A stretch of DNA of 64,000 nt from NCBI GenBank assembly GCA_903885565.1, contig CAISJI010000216.1, positions 8,970 through 72,969 on the forward strand, read 5' to 3'. The stretch's first letter is position 1. Every line of letters begins with the position of its first letter. Shown piece after piece: positions 8,388 through 16,889 of this stretch. A program made the translations under genes and the position numbers. This stretch comes from an uncultured Planctomycetaceae bacterium. Its GTDB lineage: Bacteria; Planctomycetota; Planctomycetia; Pirellulales; UBA1268. The notes under the pieces were generated by a model. The model was not told the DNA's origin, searched no databases, and was given only the letters and a program-made list of their open reading frames with translations.

Positions 8388-9503
8388 TCAGGCTGCGGCG
8401 CTGGCCAGCCGTTCGTGGAGTGCCGTGGCTTGCAGCAGGATGCAGCCCTGCAGGATCTCTGGTTTGCCGGGGCTGCCGACCGCTGCGGTGGGGCAGGCGA
8501 TCAGCCCCCTGAGCCGATGCCAGGTTTCCTTGAGCGCGTGAGGAACCGAGCAGGCACTGACATTGCCGGTGCGCCGCGTGAGTCCATTGATCAGTTCTCC
8601 CTGCACGCCGTATTCTTCGAGCTTCATCCCGGTGAAGCGAACGATCCCGGAACCGGCCTGATGAGGCACAACGAAGTTCACGTCGGCGCCGGAGAGTCCG
8701 CTGGCGGAGAGCGCCTTGGCAACGGCGGCCGACATGGCCCGCGGGGCGATTTCGGCGATCGCCATGCCGTCGAGCGAATAGACCAGCCGCTGGTCGTCAT
8801 GGCCGGTACCGCCGCCAGGAATGGGGAAAGCGACGGCGGGCCTCAGATGGAAATCAAAGGCCGACTTCTCGGTTGGCTGTTTCTCGGCATCGGCATGCAG
8901 AATCGTGAAATGCGCCGGATGGCGGCGGTTGGCCGGAGGGGCCAGCAGCGTGGCCGAGGCCATGTCGCCAAACAGGCCGGCGGTCTGGCGGCAGTTGTAG
9001 TCGGTGATCCGGCTAATGCGGCTGGCGGCGACAACGAGCAGGTATTGATCCTGCCGCAGAGCGAGCCGGGGGGCCCAGCGCCGGCAGATGAGGCTCAAGC
9101 TGCGGCTGTAGCCACAGCAAAACCAATTCAGGCCGATCGTGCGTGCGTGTGGCATTCCCAGCAGGCGGGCCAGTTGCCGGGCGGCGCGACTGGGGCGTTC
9201 CCCCGCCACCTCGGCCGGTTTCAGATGCCTGCGGGCGGTCGAAGCGGGAAGAAAGGAGGGGGAGACGAACACCATCCCGCGGCAGTCGGCCAGATTGCAG
9301 CCGGTCTCCTGCTGGAGTTGGCGCACCGCATGCAGGCCCATCGTCACCTCATCGTCGAGCGAGATGGCGCGGGCCTCGATCCCGGTGTGATGGGCAAACT
9401 TGCGGGGCATACTGGCGCCGAACCAGCTGTTTTCCAGTTCCCACTGGGGCTGGTGGAGAGCGATGGCGGAGATGCCCAGGGGTGTGGTGGCGGAGGTGTC
9501 CAT
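8388..9503 (-). CDS. KAS III (FabH)-like thiolase-fold condensing enzyme
   Basis: 371 aa. The Cys-His-Asn triad context is NWFCCGYS, VPHQAGSG and TGNVSACSVP (compare FabH VPHQAN / GNTSAASIP). Confidence 0.75.
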   Translation of the reverse strand: MDTSATTPLGISAIALHQPQWELENSWFGASMPRKFAHHTGIEARAISLDDEVTMGLHAVRQLQQETGCNLADCRGMVFVSPSFLPASTARRHLKPAEVAGERPSRAARQLARLLGMPHARTIGLNWFCCGYSRSLSLICRRWAPRLALRQDQYLLVVAASRISRITDYNCRQTAGLFGDMASATLLAPPANRRHPAHFTILHADAEKQPTEKSAFDFHLRPAVAFPIPGGGTGHDDQRLVYSLDGMAIAEIAPRAMSAAVAKALSASGLSGADVNFVVPHQAGSGIVRFTGMKLEEYGVQGELINGLTRRTGNVSACSVPHALKETWHRLRGLIACPTAAVGSPGKPEILQGCILLQATALHERLASAAA

Positions 9504-9813
9504 CTGAAGCGGGGCTTTCGCTGGGGAAAGGCTGCCGGCGGCGTGCGCAGGGGCGGGATTGTGGCGAGTGTCGGCCGCCGGGGCCAGCGAGAAATTCGGC
9601 CCAAAGAATGCGGGCGGAAGCTATTCGCCAGCCCGACGAGGCCCTGGCTGGCATTTCCTGGGGCGACAACCGCCGCACCCGGCTGCCGATCACTCTATCC
9701 ACAGCCCGCGAGACGCTGCGGGGGGGCGGGAGTCCGGTTTGGTCAAGAAACGGTGGTCGCATGCGGCGCATGTGCCGTCTGCCCCCGTTTGCCCACCTCT
9801 GGACGGCCCCGGC

Positions 9814-12800
9814 TCAGGATCCCGCTGGCGGGGCGGCGAGAAGGGCTTCCAGGGCCTTCATCCGCTCGCGATCGTCGGGCTCGAGCCGGCTCTCCACGAG
9901 GCCGACCTTCCGCGCCTCAAGCAGTGCCTGGCGGGCTCCCTCCAGATCCTTGTCAGCAGCGAGTGCGCAGGCGAGATGCAGGCTGATGGCGGGCGAGGGG
10001 GCAAGCACCGCCTCGCGCAGCACCTCCACGGCGGCGCGTGAGTCGCCGCGGGCCAGCAGCGCCAGGCCCTGCGTGTCAAGAAGACTCGGAACTGCTCCCA
10101 CCTCGGCGATCGCCTCCTCCGCCAACTTCTGCGCCTCGGCGGCGGTCTCCGGACGGGCCAGCAGCATGGCGAGGTTGTTCTTGAGGATCACTTGCTGAGA
10201 TGTGGAAAGCTTTTCCTGCGCGAGCATCTTCCGGTAGGCCGCCACCGCGTCCGGGTTGCGATTGAGAGCGGTGAGCAGTTCGGCTTCCAGCATGGAAAGT
10301 TCCTGCCCATCGGGATCGGCTTGGCGAGCGGCGGCAAACCACTGGTTCACCCGGTCGACGTCGGCCGCCGTGGCGGCTGTGCCCGCTTCTTTGAGAAGTG
10401 ACACGGCAGCCCGTACGAACTCGACTCGGGTAAGGCTCTCCCGGTTGGCATCGAGCAGATCAAACGCCTCAGTTGCCCGGTCGTGGCGGGCCAGAAAACC
10501 GGCGCGGGCGAGCATGCCTGTGGGCGACTGATCGGCAACTGCCGCCAGCGTTTTATCGGCGGCCTGATCAAAGCCGAGTTTTTCCATCAGGGCCACGACC
10601 TTGAGGATTTGGTCCTGGTTGTCGGCCTGCTTGGCGGCGACTGCATAGAGCTTGCGGAGCGCCTCAATCGCGGCCGGCTGATCTCCCTGCGCCACGGCAA
10701 GCTGCGCCTCCAAGGCGTATACAGCAGGTGTTTTGGGATCCCGTTCGGCCAGCGTTTTCCAGACGATTGCCGCCTCGTCGGTCGCACCATGGCGGATCAG
10801 TTTCTCGATCGTGGCACCGAGCATGGCCGACGGCGTCGCCGGCTCGGCGGCAAGACGCAACAGATCCTCGCGGCACTCCTCCCAGCGGCCCGTCTTGTCG
10901 AGCAGTTCTGCCCGCTGCATCCGTTCGGCAGTGGTCAGCGGTCGCTGGGCGGAGAGTTGCGTGAGGGTTTCCAAAGCCAGCCGCCAGTATTTCGGCTCAG
11001 CCCGGGTTGAAAGAGCGCTGATCTCGAAGGTGAGATCATCGCTGGAGGGCTTGTCAGCGGCGTCGGTGTGGGGGGCGAATTGTGTGAGTGCCTGCTCAAA
11101 ATCGCGGGATGTTCCACTCCTGCTCGTCAGATCGGCGATCGCTCTGCGGGCCGCCTTCCGCGCCCCTTCCGCAGCCGCACCGCCGTCGCCTGTGGCGAGA
11201 AAATCCTGAAGAACCGCACAAGCCTCTGCGGCCTTGCCGCGACCAGCCAGCCATTCCGCCAGGCCGAACCGCAGATTGATCTCGTCGGGGAAGCTGGCAA
11301 CCGCCTCGCGCAGGGTGCGCTCCGCATCCTCGGGGCGTCCCAGCAGTGTCTGCCCCCGGGCCATTCCGAGTGGTCGGGCAGGAGGGGAGAGCTGTTCGCT
11401 CATCCGCGCAAGCGTCCGCTCGGCCGCCTCGCGATCACCACTTTCAAGCTGGCAGGAGAGGAGGGAAAGCCAGCCTGGCAGGCTGGCTGTATTCTGAACG
11501 ACGACGCGTTCAAGGGCTTGGATGGCCGGGGCCGATCTGCCCGCCTTGGCGAGCAACTGCCCAAACCAGAGCAGGTCATCAGGGGAGAGTGGCTCGTTGG
11601 ACGCGATGATCCGTTCTGCCAGTGCGGTGGCAGCATCGGCCCGCCCTGCGCCAAACTCCACCTCGGCGGCCAGCCGCGCAAACCCCGCCGGCACCTCCGC
11701 TCCAAGCCGTTTGAGAGCCTCGCGGGCCTCGTCATAACGACCTGCCTGCAAGAGGAGCATGACTACGTTTCGGGTGAAGGGGGCGTTGTCGGGGCTCAAC
11801 TCCAGCCCCTTCTGCAGCCTTTGGATGGCAGCCGCACGGTCGCCACGCAACAGCTCCAGATCGGCCCACAGCCGCTGAACCACGGGCCAGTCGGGCCGCT
11901 CCTTCTCCGCCCCGGCCAGCAGATTCTCCGCTGCGGTGAGTTGGGCAGAATCATCCTCTGGTGCCTGTGCGGCAGCCGGTGTTTGGGCAGTGTTCGTTGG
12001 GGTGACCGGGTTTCTGCGGAGGGAAACTGCCAGCAGCAGCTTGGCGGCTTCGGTGGCGCGGGCCTGGGCGCTGTCTGGCCCGCAGATGCGGGCGATCTCG
12101 GCCGCCGCGCTCGTCGCCTTCGGCAGATCGCGCTGGTCGCACGCCAATTCGAAGAGGATGGTGTGAGCCGGAAGATCATCGGGCTTGGCCGCCAGCAGCA
12201 ATTCCAGCGCGTGTTCGGCTCCGGGCTGGTCCCCGCTGGTAAGCCGACTGGTGGCGACCGTCACCAGCAGCCGCGACGCATCCTCCGGCGGTAGAGCCGC
12301 CGCCTTCGCCTCTATGTCTGCAAGCACGGCGGAGCGTTCCTCGCCTGGCATCCGCGCCGCCAACCTGGCGCGCCACACGAGCAGCCGCGGATCAGCGGCG
12401 GTTTCCGGCGGCACCCGGCCCCAGAGCTGGAGGGCTGCGGCTGGTCCCTCGCGGCGAAGTGTCGAGGTCAGGAGGCGGTCCCAGAATTCAGACTGTGCTG
12501 CATGAGCATCGATCATCCGATCCAGCAGAGCCGAGGCTGCCGTCGGATCTCCTGCCGTGAGGAATTGGTCGTACCGCAGCAGCGCCACCTGCCAGGCTGG
12601 CATGATCTGCGCGGCCTCGACTGCATCGATGAGTGACACGACCTGCGACCAGTCGCGGTTCTCCGCCGGCAGTTTGAGTTGCTGGTTGGCTCGCAACTGC
12701 AGGAGCGGCTGCCAGACCTGCGGCTGCCGTACCAGTTGCTCGGGGCCGAGTTCCGTGGCGATCGCCTCGAATTCAGCAAGCGCCTCCTCGGGTTTTCCGG

Positions 12801-14190
12801 CGGCGGCCAAACCGACTGCTGCCGAGGCCCGCGCTTCAGGAGACCCAGGACTATGGTCGAGAGCGCGCTGCCGGGCCTCCACCTGCAGATCGACCTTCCC
12901 CATCCGTCCATGGCATTCCGCCAGAAGGAAGTTGACCTGTTTTCGCAGCGGTGCCGACTCACCGAGCACCAGGCGCAGGGCCTCCAGCTTTTCCACCGCC
13001 GGCTGCCATTGCTGCTGGGCGACCAACAGGCGCGCCGCCAAGAGCTCGATCGCGGGATTGGTCCTTCCGCCGTTTTTGGAGAGGCGGGCAATCGTCTCTT
13101 CTGCGTCTGTCAGTCGTTTCGTCTCGATCTGGATGTTTCCCAGCGAGAACAACACGACGGGGTTTTCTGGCAGGCGCACTGCAGCCTGCTGCAGAACCTC
13201 AAGGGCTTCGAGCGGCTTTCCCTGCTCAAGTGCCACCTCTGCCAGGCTCATGTCGCCATCGGGCGATGTGGGAAACTGTTCGCGGAGTTCGCCCGCGCGC
13301 CGAGTCGCCTCATCCCAGCGGCGGTTGGCCTTGGCGATGGCCACGGCTGTCGTCAGCAACTCGCGGTCCTGGGGAGCGATCTCCAGTGCCCGATTGATCG
13401 ACTGTTCGGCCCGGGTTGGATCGGAGTGGCCGGCATACCAGCGGGCCTGTCCCAGCCAGGCCAGGCGGTCTTGTGGAGCCGTTTCCTCCAGTCGCTTGAG
13501 AACCTGCTGGGCCGCCGGGAGATCCTGCTGTTTGTCGGCGAGGATCGTGGCCAAAATCAGTGAAGCATCGGCGCCGTAGCGCCCGACTTTCCGCTGGGGA
13601 TCGAATGTTTTGCCGGTCGGATCGAAGCCCGCCAAGCCGGCAGCCAGAGCGGTCGCTTCCGGAAGGTTGTTGTTGGCGAGGCAGGCCCGGGCCTCGAGGA
13701 GACTGATTTCATCAAGATCGATTCCGCTGGCGGCGAGCGCTGCGGCCGGCAGGGCCGCGGCCGCCGTCCGCAGCAGGCCGATCTCCCGCCGGGCGGATTC
13801 GAAGCTGCGCATCTCGAGCAGAACCACCGCCAGCGAGCGGCGCAGTGGCAGTGACTTTGGATGGATCGCGATGGCAGTGCGGATCGCATCGACCACCTCC
13901 TGCCGCTGCTCCTCGCTGCTGCCTGCTTTGAAGGCGGGGACCGCCAGTGCCGCGGCATACTGCGCCTGCGCTGCGGTGTCGTTGGGCGCCTGCCTGAGAT
14001 AGGTCGCAAAGAGCTTTGCCGCTTCCGAGGTCTCACCGGCGGCGAGGCGTTCGCGGGCCTTGGTGGCCAGTTCTGCCACCTGTTGGGCGCGGCGGGCGCT
14101 GTAGAAGCGGGGCAGCACAACCGCCGCAGCCGCCACGGCTACCAGAGCAACGAACAATCCAAACAGCCAGCGTTTGGTGGTGGGAGTCAT
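9814..14190 (-). CDS. Giant membrane-anchored TPR-repeat protein (paralogue 1)
   Basis: About 1,458 aa from MTPTTKRWLFGLFVALVAVAAAAVVLPRF, which is a single N-terminal TM segment. The rest is Ala/Leu/Glu/Arg-rich TPR-like helical repeats. It is collinear with 35733..40139. Confidence 0.85.
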   Translation of the reverse strand: MTPTTKRWLFGLFVALVAVAAAAVVLPRFYSARRAQQVAELATKARERLAAGETSEAAKLFATYLRQAPNDTAAQAQYAAALAVPAFKAGSSEEQRQEVVDAIRTAIAIHPKSLPLRRSLAVVLLEMRSFESARREIGLLRTAAAALPAAALAASGIDLDEISLLEARACLANNNLPEATALAAGLAGFDPTGKTFDPQRKVGRYGADASLILATILADKQQDLPAAQQVLKRLEETAPQDRLAWLGQARWYAGHSDPTRAEQSINRALEIAPQDRELLTTAVAIAKANRRWDEATRRAGELREQFPTSPDGDMSLAEVALEQGKPLEALEVLQQAAVRLPENPVVLFSLGNIQIETKRLTDAEETIARLSKNGGRTNPAIELLAARLLVAQQQWQPAVEKLEALRLVLGESAPLRKQVNFLLAECHGRMGKVDLQVEARQRALDHSPGSPEARASAAVGLAAAGKPEEALAEFEAIATELGPEQLVRQPQVWQPLLQLRANQQLKLPAENRDWSQVVSLIDAVEAAQIMPAWQVALLRYDQFLTAGDPTAASALLDRMIDAHAAQSEFWDRLLTSTLRREGPAAALQLWGRVPPETAADPRLLVWRARLAARMPGEERSAVLADIEAKAAALPPEDASRLLVTVATSRLTSGDQPGAEHALELLLAAKPDDLPAHTILFELACDQRDLPKATSAAAEIARICGPDSAQARATEAAKLLLAVSLRRNPVTPTNTAQTPAAAQAPEDDSAQLTAAENLLAGAEKERPDWPVVQRLWADLELLRGDRAAAIQRLQKGLELSPDNAPFTRNVVMLLLQAGRYDEAREALKRLGAEVPAGFARLAAEVEFGAGRADAATALAERIIASNEPLSPDDLLWFGQLLAKAGRSAPAIQALERVVVQNTASLPGWLSLLSCQLESGDREAAERTLARMSEQLSPPARPLGMARGQTLLGRPEDAERTLREAVASFPDEINLRFGLAEWLAGRGKAAEACAVLQDFLATGDGGAAAEGARKAARRAIADLTSRSGTSRDFEQALTQFAPHTDAADKPSSDDLTFEISALSTRAEPKYWRLALETLTQLSAQRPLTTAERMQRAELLDKTGRWEECREDLLRLAAEPATPSAMLGATIEKLIRHGATDEAAIVWKTLAERDPKTPAVYALEAQLAVAQGDQPAAIEALRKLYAVAAKQADNQDQILKVVALMEKLGFDQAADKTLAAVADQSPTGMLARAGFLARHDRATEAFDLLDANRESLTRVEFVRAAVSLLKEAGTAATAADVDRVNQWFAAARQADPDGQELSMLEAELLTALNRNPDAVAAYRKMLAQEKLSTSQQVILKNNLAMLLARPETAAEAQKLAEEAIAEVGAVPSLLDTQGLALLARGDSRAAVEVLREAVLAPSPAISLHLACALAADKDLEGARQALLEARKVGLVESRLEPDDRERMKALEALLAAPPAGS

Positions 14191-14288
14191 GCCGAGATGA
14201 TCCTGCAAAAGTGGGGAGAAAGAGATGGAGAACCCAGCCACACAGTGGCTGATACGGGAACGCCCTGGTTGGCCCGCGAGTTCCTGGA

Positions 14289-14795
14289 TCAGCGTTTTGT
14301 GCGGCCAGTCTTGGGGCCAGTCTTGGCCTTGGTCTTCGCTTGAGTGCGAGCAGGCTTGGTGGCCACAGCCTTGCGGCGAGCGGGGGCTGGTGTCTTGGCC
14401 CGGGCCGGCTTCTGAGCGGGCGTTTTCCTCGCCACCGGCGGCCTCTCCCGGCGTGCCTTGGCTCCCCGGGCGATTTCATCCAGAAAGTCGTTCACAGTGG
14501 CGGCGAGATCGGCTGCGGAAAGGGGTTCGACCTCATCGATGACAAACAGCGACAGTTCCCCGCGCTGCTGCGCCATCATGAGCGCCTTGTACTCCGCCAG
14601 CGACAGATCATCGTGGTCTTCGTCCTCGCTGGAGAGAAACTCAAAGCCGACGCGGGCGACCGCATCCCAGCCGTCGATATGGAATTCCACGCCGTATTCA
14701 CGGAATGGGATGTTTCGCACGATCGAGTACCCCCGCGACCGGAACAGACGGGCCAACAGGTCGCAGCCTTGTGTTTCAGAAAGGAAGTCGGGCAT
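14289..14795 (-). CDS. Hypothetical protein with a Lys/Ala/Pro-rich histone-H1/Hc1-like C-terminal tail
   Basis: 168 aa. An acidic globular N-domain is followed by ARRERPPVARKTPAQKPARAKTPAPARRKAVATKPARTQAKTKAKTGPKTGRTKR. Confidence 0.65.
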   Translation of the reverse strand: MPDFLSETQGCDLLARLFRSRGYSIVRNIPFREYGVEFHIDGWDAVARVGFEFLSSEDEDHDDLSLAEYKALMMAQQRGELSLFVIDEVEPLSAADLAATVNDFLDEIARGAKARRERPPVARKTPAQKPARAKTPAPARRKAVATKPARTQAKTKAKTGPKTGRTKR

Positions 14796-14858
14796 GGGGG
14801 AATGTCTCCGGGAACCGTTGGGCCTGACGAGGAAGAACAGTCGGGCAGAATACCCGAT

Positions 14859-15170
14859 TCACTCGCCGTTGGCGATCTGCGCTTGGGCGTGTGGCGGCTC
14901 CAGCAACCGATCCTTCTGCCGCCGGTTGAGCCGCTTGATGGCTGCTTCCCGCTGCAACGCCACCGACCGGGAGGGCTGGGCCTCCTGATAAACCGCCTCG
15001 ACCGGCAACCTGCTGCGGGTGTAGCGAGAGGCCCGCCCGACGGCATGGGCCTGCAACCGTTTTGGCAAGTTGTTGGTGATGCCGGTATAGAGCGAGCCGT
15101 CGCGGCAGCGCAGCATATAGACAAGCCAGCCGGCTGGTGTGGGGGAGGGCGAAGGGGGGCTGGGCGTCAC
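14859..15170 (-). CDS. GIY-YIG nuclease superfamily protein (YhbQ/UPF0213-like)
   Basis: WLVYMLRCRDGSLYTGITNNLPKRLQAH...REAAIKRL is the GIY-YIG signature. The start is uncertain. I use the in-frame GTG at 15170. The track ORF runs to ATG 15266 through an AT-rich, Pro-rich stretch that looks non-coding. Confidence 0.65.
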   Translation of the reverse strand: MTPSPPSPSPTPAGWLVYMLRCRDGSLYTGITNNLPKRLQAHAVGRASRYTRSRLPVEAVYQEAQPSRSVALQREAAIKRLNRRQKDRLLEPPHAQAQIANGE

Positions 15171-15299
15171 GGGAAAGGGCCTCGAGGATATCGGTGGCGG
15201 CACGCCATATTGACTTTTTTTCAGCCAGAATATTTGCTGATAGGGGATCTCTTTCGTCTTCATCAAAAAGGTTTTTTCAACTCCCTTGGGAGCGCGATC

Positions 15300-15941
15300 A
15301 TGGCGGGCAAATCAACGTCGACAGCCGCACGCGGTGTCGTCGGTCAGGAAGGGTTTTCAGCTCCTCCGCTCAACCTGCTTCAATCCCGGCCCGGGATTGC
15401 CAATTACTACTTCTATCGGGAAGCCCTCTCGCCTGAGGAGATCGAACGCATCCGGGCCCTCGTCGCGCCGCGGGGCATGCGGGCGGGGAATGTCAGTGGC
15501 GTGATCGACGCCAGCTATCGCTCGTCACGCATCTCCTGGATTCCCCGCCGCCCCGACTCGGAGTGGCTGTATCAAAAACTGGTGGCGTTTGTGCGGGATG
15601 CCAACGAGCAGATGTGGCAGTTTCACCTGACCAATCTCCTCGAGGATATCCAGTTCACCGAATACGATGCCGACTACGAGGGACACTACGACTGGCATAT
15701 GGATATGGGGGGAGTGGAGTCCTCGACCCGCAAGCTGTCAATGACGATCCAACTCTCCGATCCCGGGGATTATGCAGGGGGAGAACTGCAGTTTCTCCTC
15801 AATCGCACCGTCCATGAAACAGACCGATCCCAGGGCACGGTCGTGCTCTTTCCATCCTATCTGCTGCACCGGGTCAATCGGGTGACCCGTGGACGCCGGC
15901 AGTCGCTGGTGCTCTGGATCCACGGGCCCCCCTTTCAATGA
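15300..15941 (+). CDS. 2OG-Fe(II) oxygenase (PKHD-type hydroxylase-like)
   Basis: 213 aa from MAGKSTSTAARG. HYD...H facial triad candidates are GHYDWHMD and LLHRVNRVTRGRRQS. The track ORF (14340..) is an artefactually long N-extension. Two hand-counted 60-nt lines give 53% GC. Confidence 0.8.
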   Translation: MAGKSTSTAARGVVGQEGFSAPPLNLLQSRPGIANYYFYREALSPEEIERIRALVAPRGMRAGNVSGVIDASYRSSRISWIPRRPDSEWLYQKLVAFVRDANEQMWQFHLTNLLEDIQFTEYDADYEGHYDWHMDMGGVESSTRKLSMTIQLSDPGDYAGGELQFLLNRTVHETDRSQGTVVLFPSYLLHRVNRVTRGRRQSLVLWIHGPPFQ

Positions 15942-15973
15942 ATGGCTGAAGGAACGCCGCGGTGTCGTGTCGA

Positions 15974-16762
15974 TCAGCCGGCCCGTTCAAAGTCGGCCTG
16001 CAGATCCTCAAGCAATTGGTCGTAGGCATCGACACGGATCAGGCCGTAGCGGGGCAGTTCCAGATCGACGATGGCCCAGACAGTCAGCGAAACGGCCAGA
16101 GCGAAGATGAGGGTGGTGGTCCAGTTGACCTGCGGTGTCCCCCCCATCGCGATACCGGCGAGCAACGAGGCCACCAAGGCCACGCCCACCAGCACCCAGA
16201 CAATCGGGAGGGGGAGGTGGTTGTTGGCCGCTGCGAGGCGGCTGGTGGCGGCATCAAACATCGTGTTGAGCGCCCCGATCACAAGTGCCCCTGCCTGCGG
16301 TGTGACGCAGCCGGGTTGGGCTGCCACGGCCCGCTGCCAGATGGCAGCCCGGAGGCTGGATGTCAGGGCGGCCAGAGTCGGCTGCTCGGCCGTGGAGAGC
16401 CGCCCGGGTGTCTGCCTCAGGCGGGCCTTGAGATACTGGCGGAAATGCTCCCGCATCGGGGGCTGGTCTTCCGCCGGCAGGCAGTCGATCCGCAGCCAGG
16501 CGGTGCCGATTGCATTGGCCTCATTGACGATGAGATTCCGGCGCGTCTGCAGGTGATCGCCCGCCATTCCGAAGGCAAACGCCAGCAGCAGCCCCAACAG
16601 GCCGAGCACCGCGCCATCGATCGCGGAAATCCCCTCTTCCGATTTTCTGCCGAGCGTGGCGATCTGCCAGATGGCGATTCTGCGGCCCAGCACGACCGCC
16701 ACCACCATCAGCACGCACAGCGCCAGCGGGAGGAGGATGATCAGCTGTGGCGGAATGTCCAT
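15974..16762 (-). CDS. DUF4239 (bestrophin-like) membrane protein
   Basis: 262 aa. LLLAFAFGMAGDHLQTRRNLIVNEANAIGTAWLR matches my memory of the DUF4239 core. TM segments lie at both ends. Confidence 0.7.
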   Translation of the reverse strand: MDIPPQLIILLPLALCVLMVVAVVLGRRIAIWQIATLGRKSEEGISAIDGAVLGLLGLLLAFAFGMAGDHLQTRRNLIVNEANAIGTAWLRIDCLPAEDQPPMREHFRQYLKARLRQTPGRLSTAEQPTLAALTSSLRAAIWQRAVAAQPGCVTPQAGALVIGALNTMFDAATSRLAAANNHLPLPIVWVLVGVALVASLLAGIAMGGTPQVNWTTTLIFALAVSLTVWAIVDLELPRYGLIRVDAYDQLLEDLQADFERAG

Positions 16763-16889
16763 GGCCCTGGAAAAACCTGTCGAGGAAAACGGATGGGACG
16801 CAGAACTATATCATCTGTAGCACACCCTCTCCGGCTGGCGTGAGGCCCCTGCCCGGAGGCGGGCCGCGGCAGCAGCACTCTTCAACCAT

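Noticed and set aside
8355-9986. A long 543-aa plus-strand ORF overlapping the FabH-like gene. Similar long antisense or alternate-frame ORFs occur at 21530..23947, 45521..47356, 60622..62916, 2755..3888, 37773..39329 and 55130..56221.
   Set aside because: Their translations are Arg/Gly/Pro/Ala-rich with no motifs. They lie opposite genes that have clear family signatures. Stop-codon scarcity in about 66-70% GC DNA produces such ORFs by chance.
14340-15299. The 320-codon N-terminal extension of the 2OG-oxygenase ORF.
   Set aside because: It is antisense to two supported minus-strand genes. Its composition is junk, and a clean ATG (15300) precedes the conserved domain.
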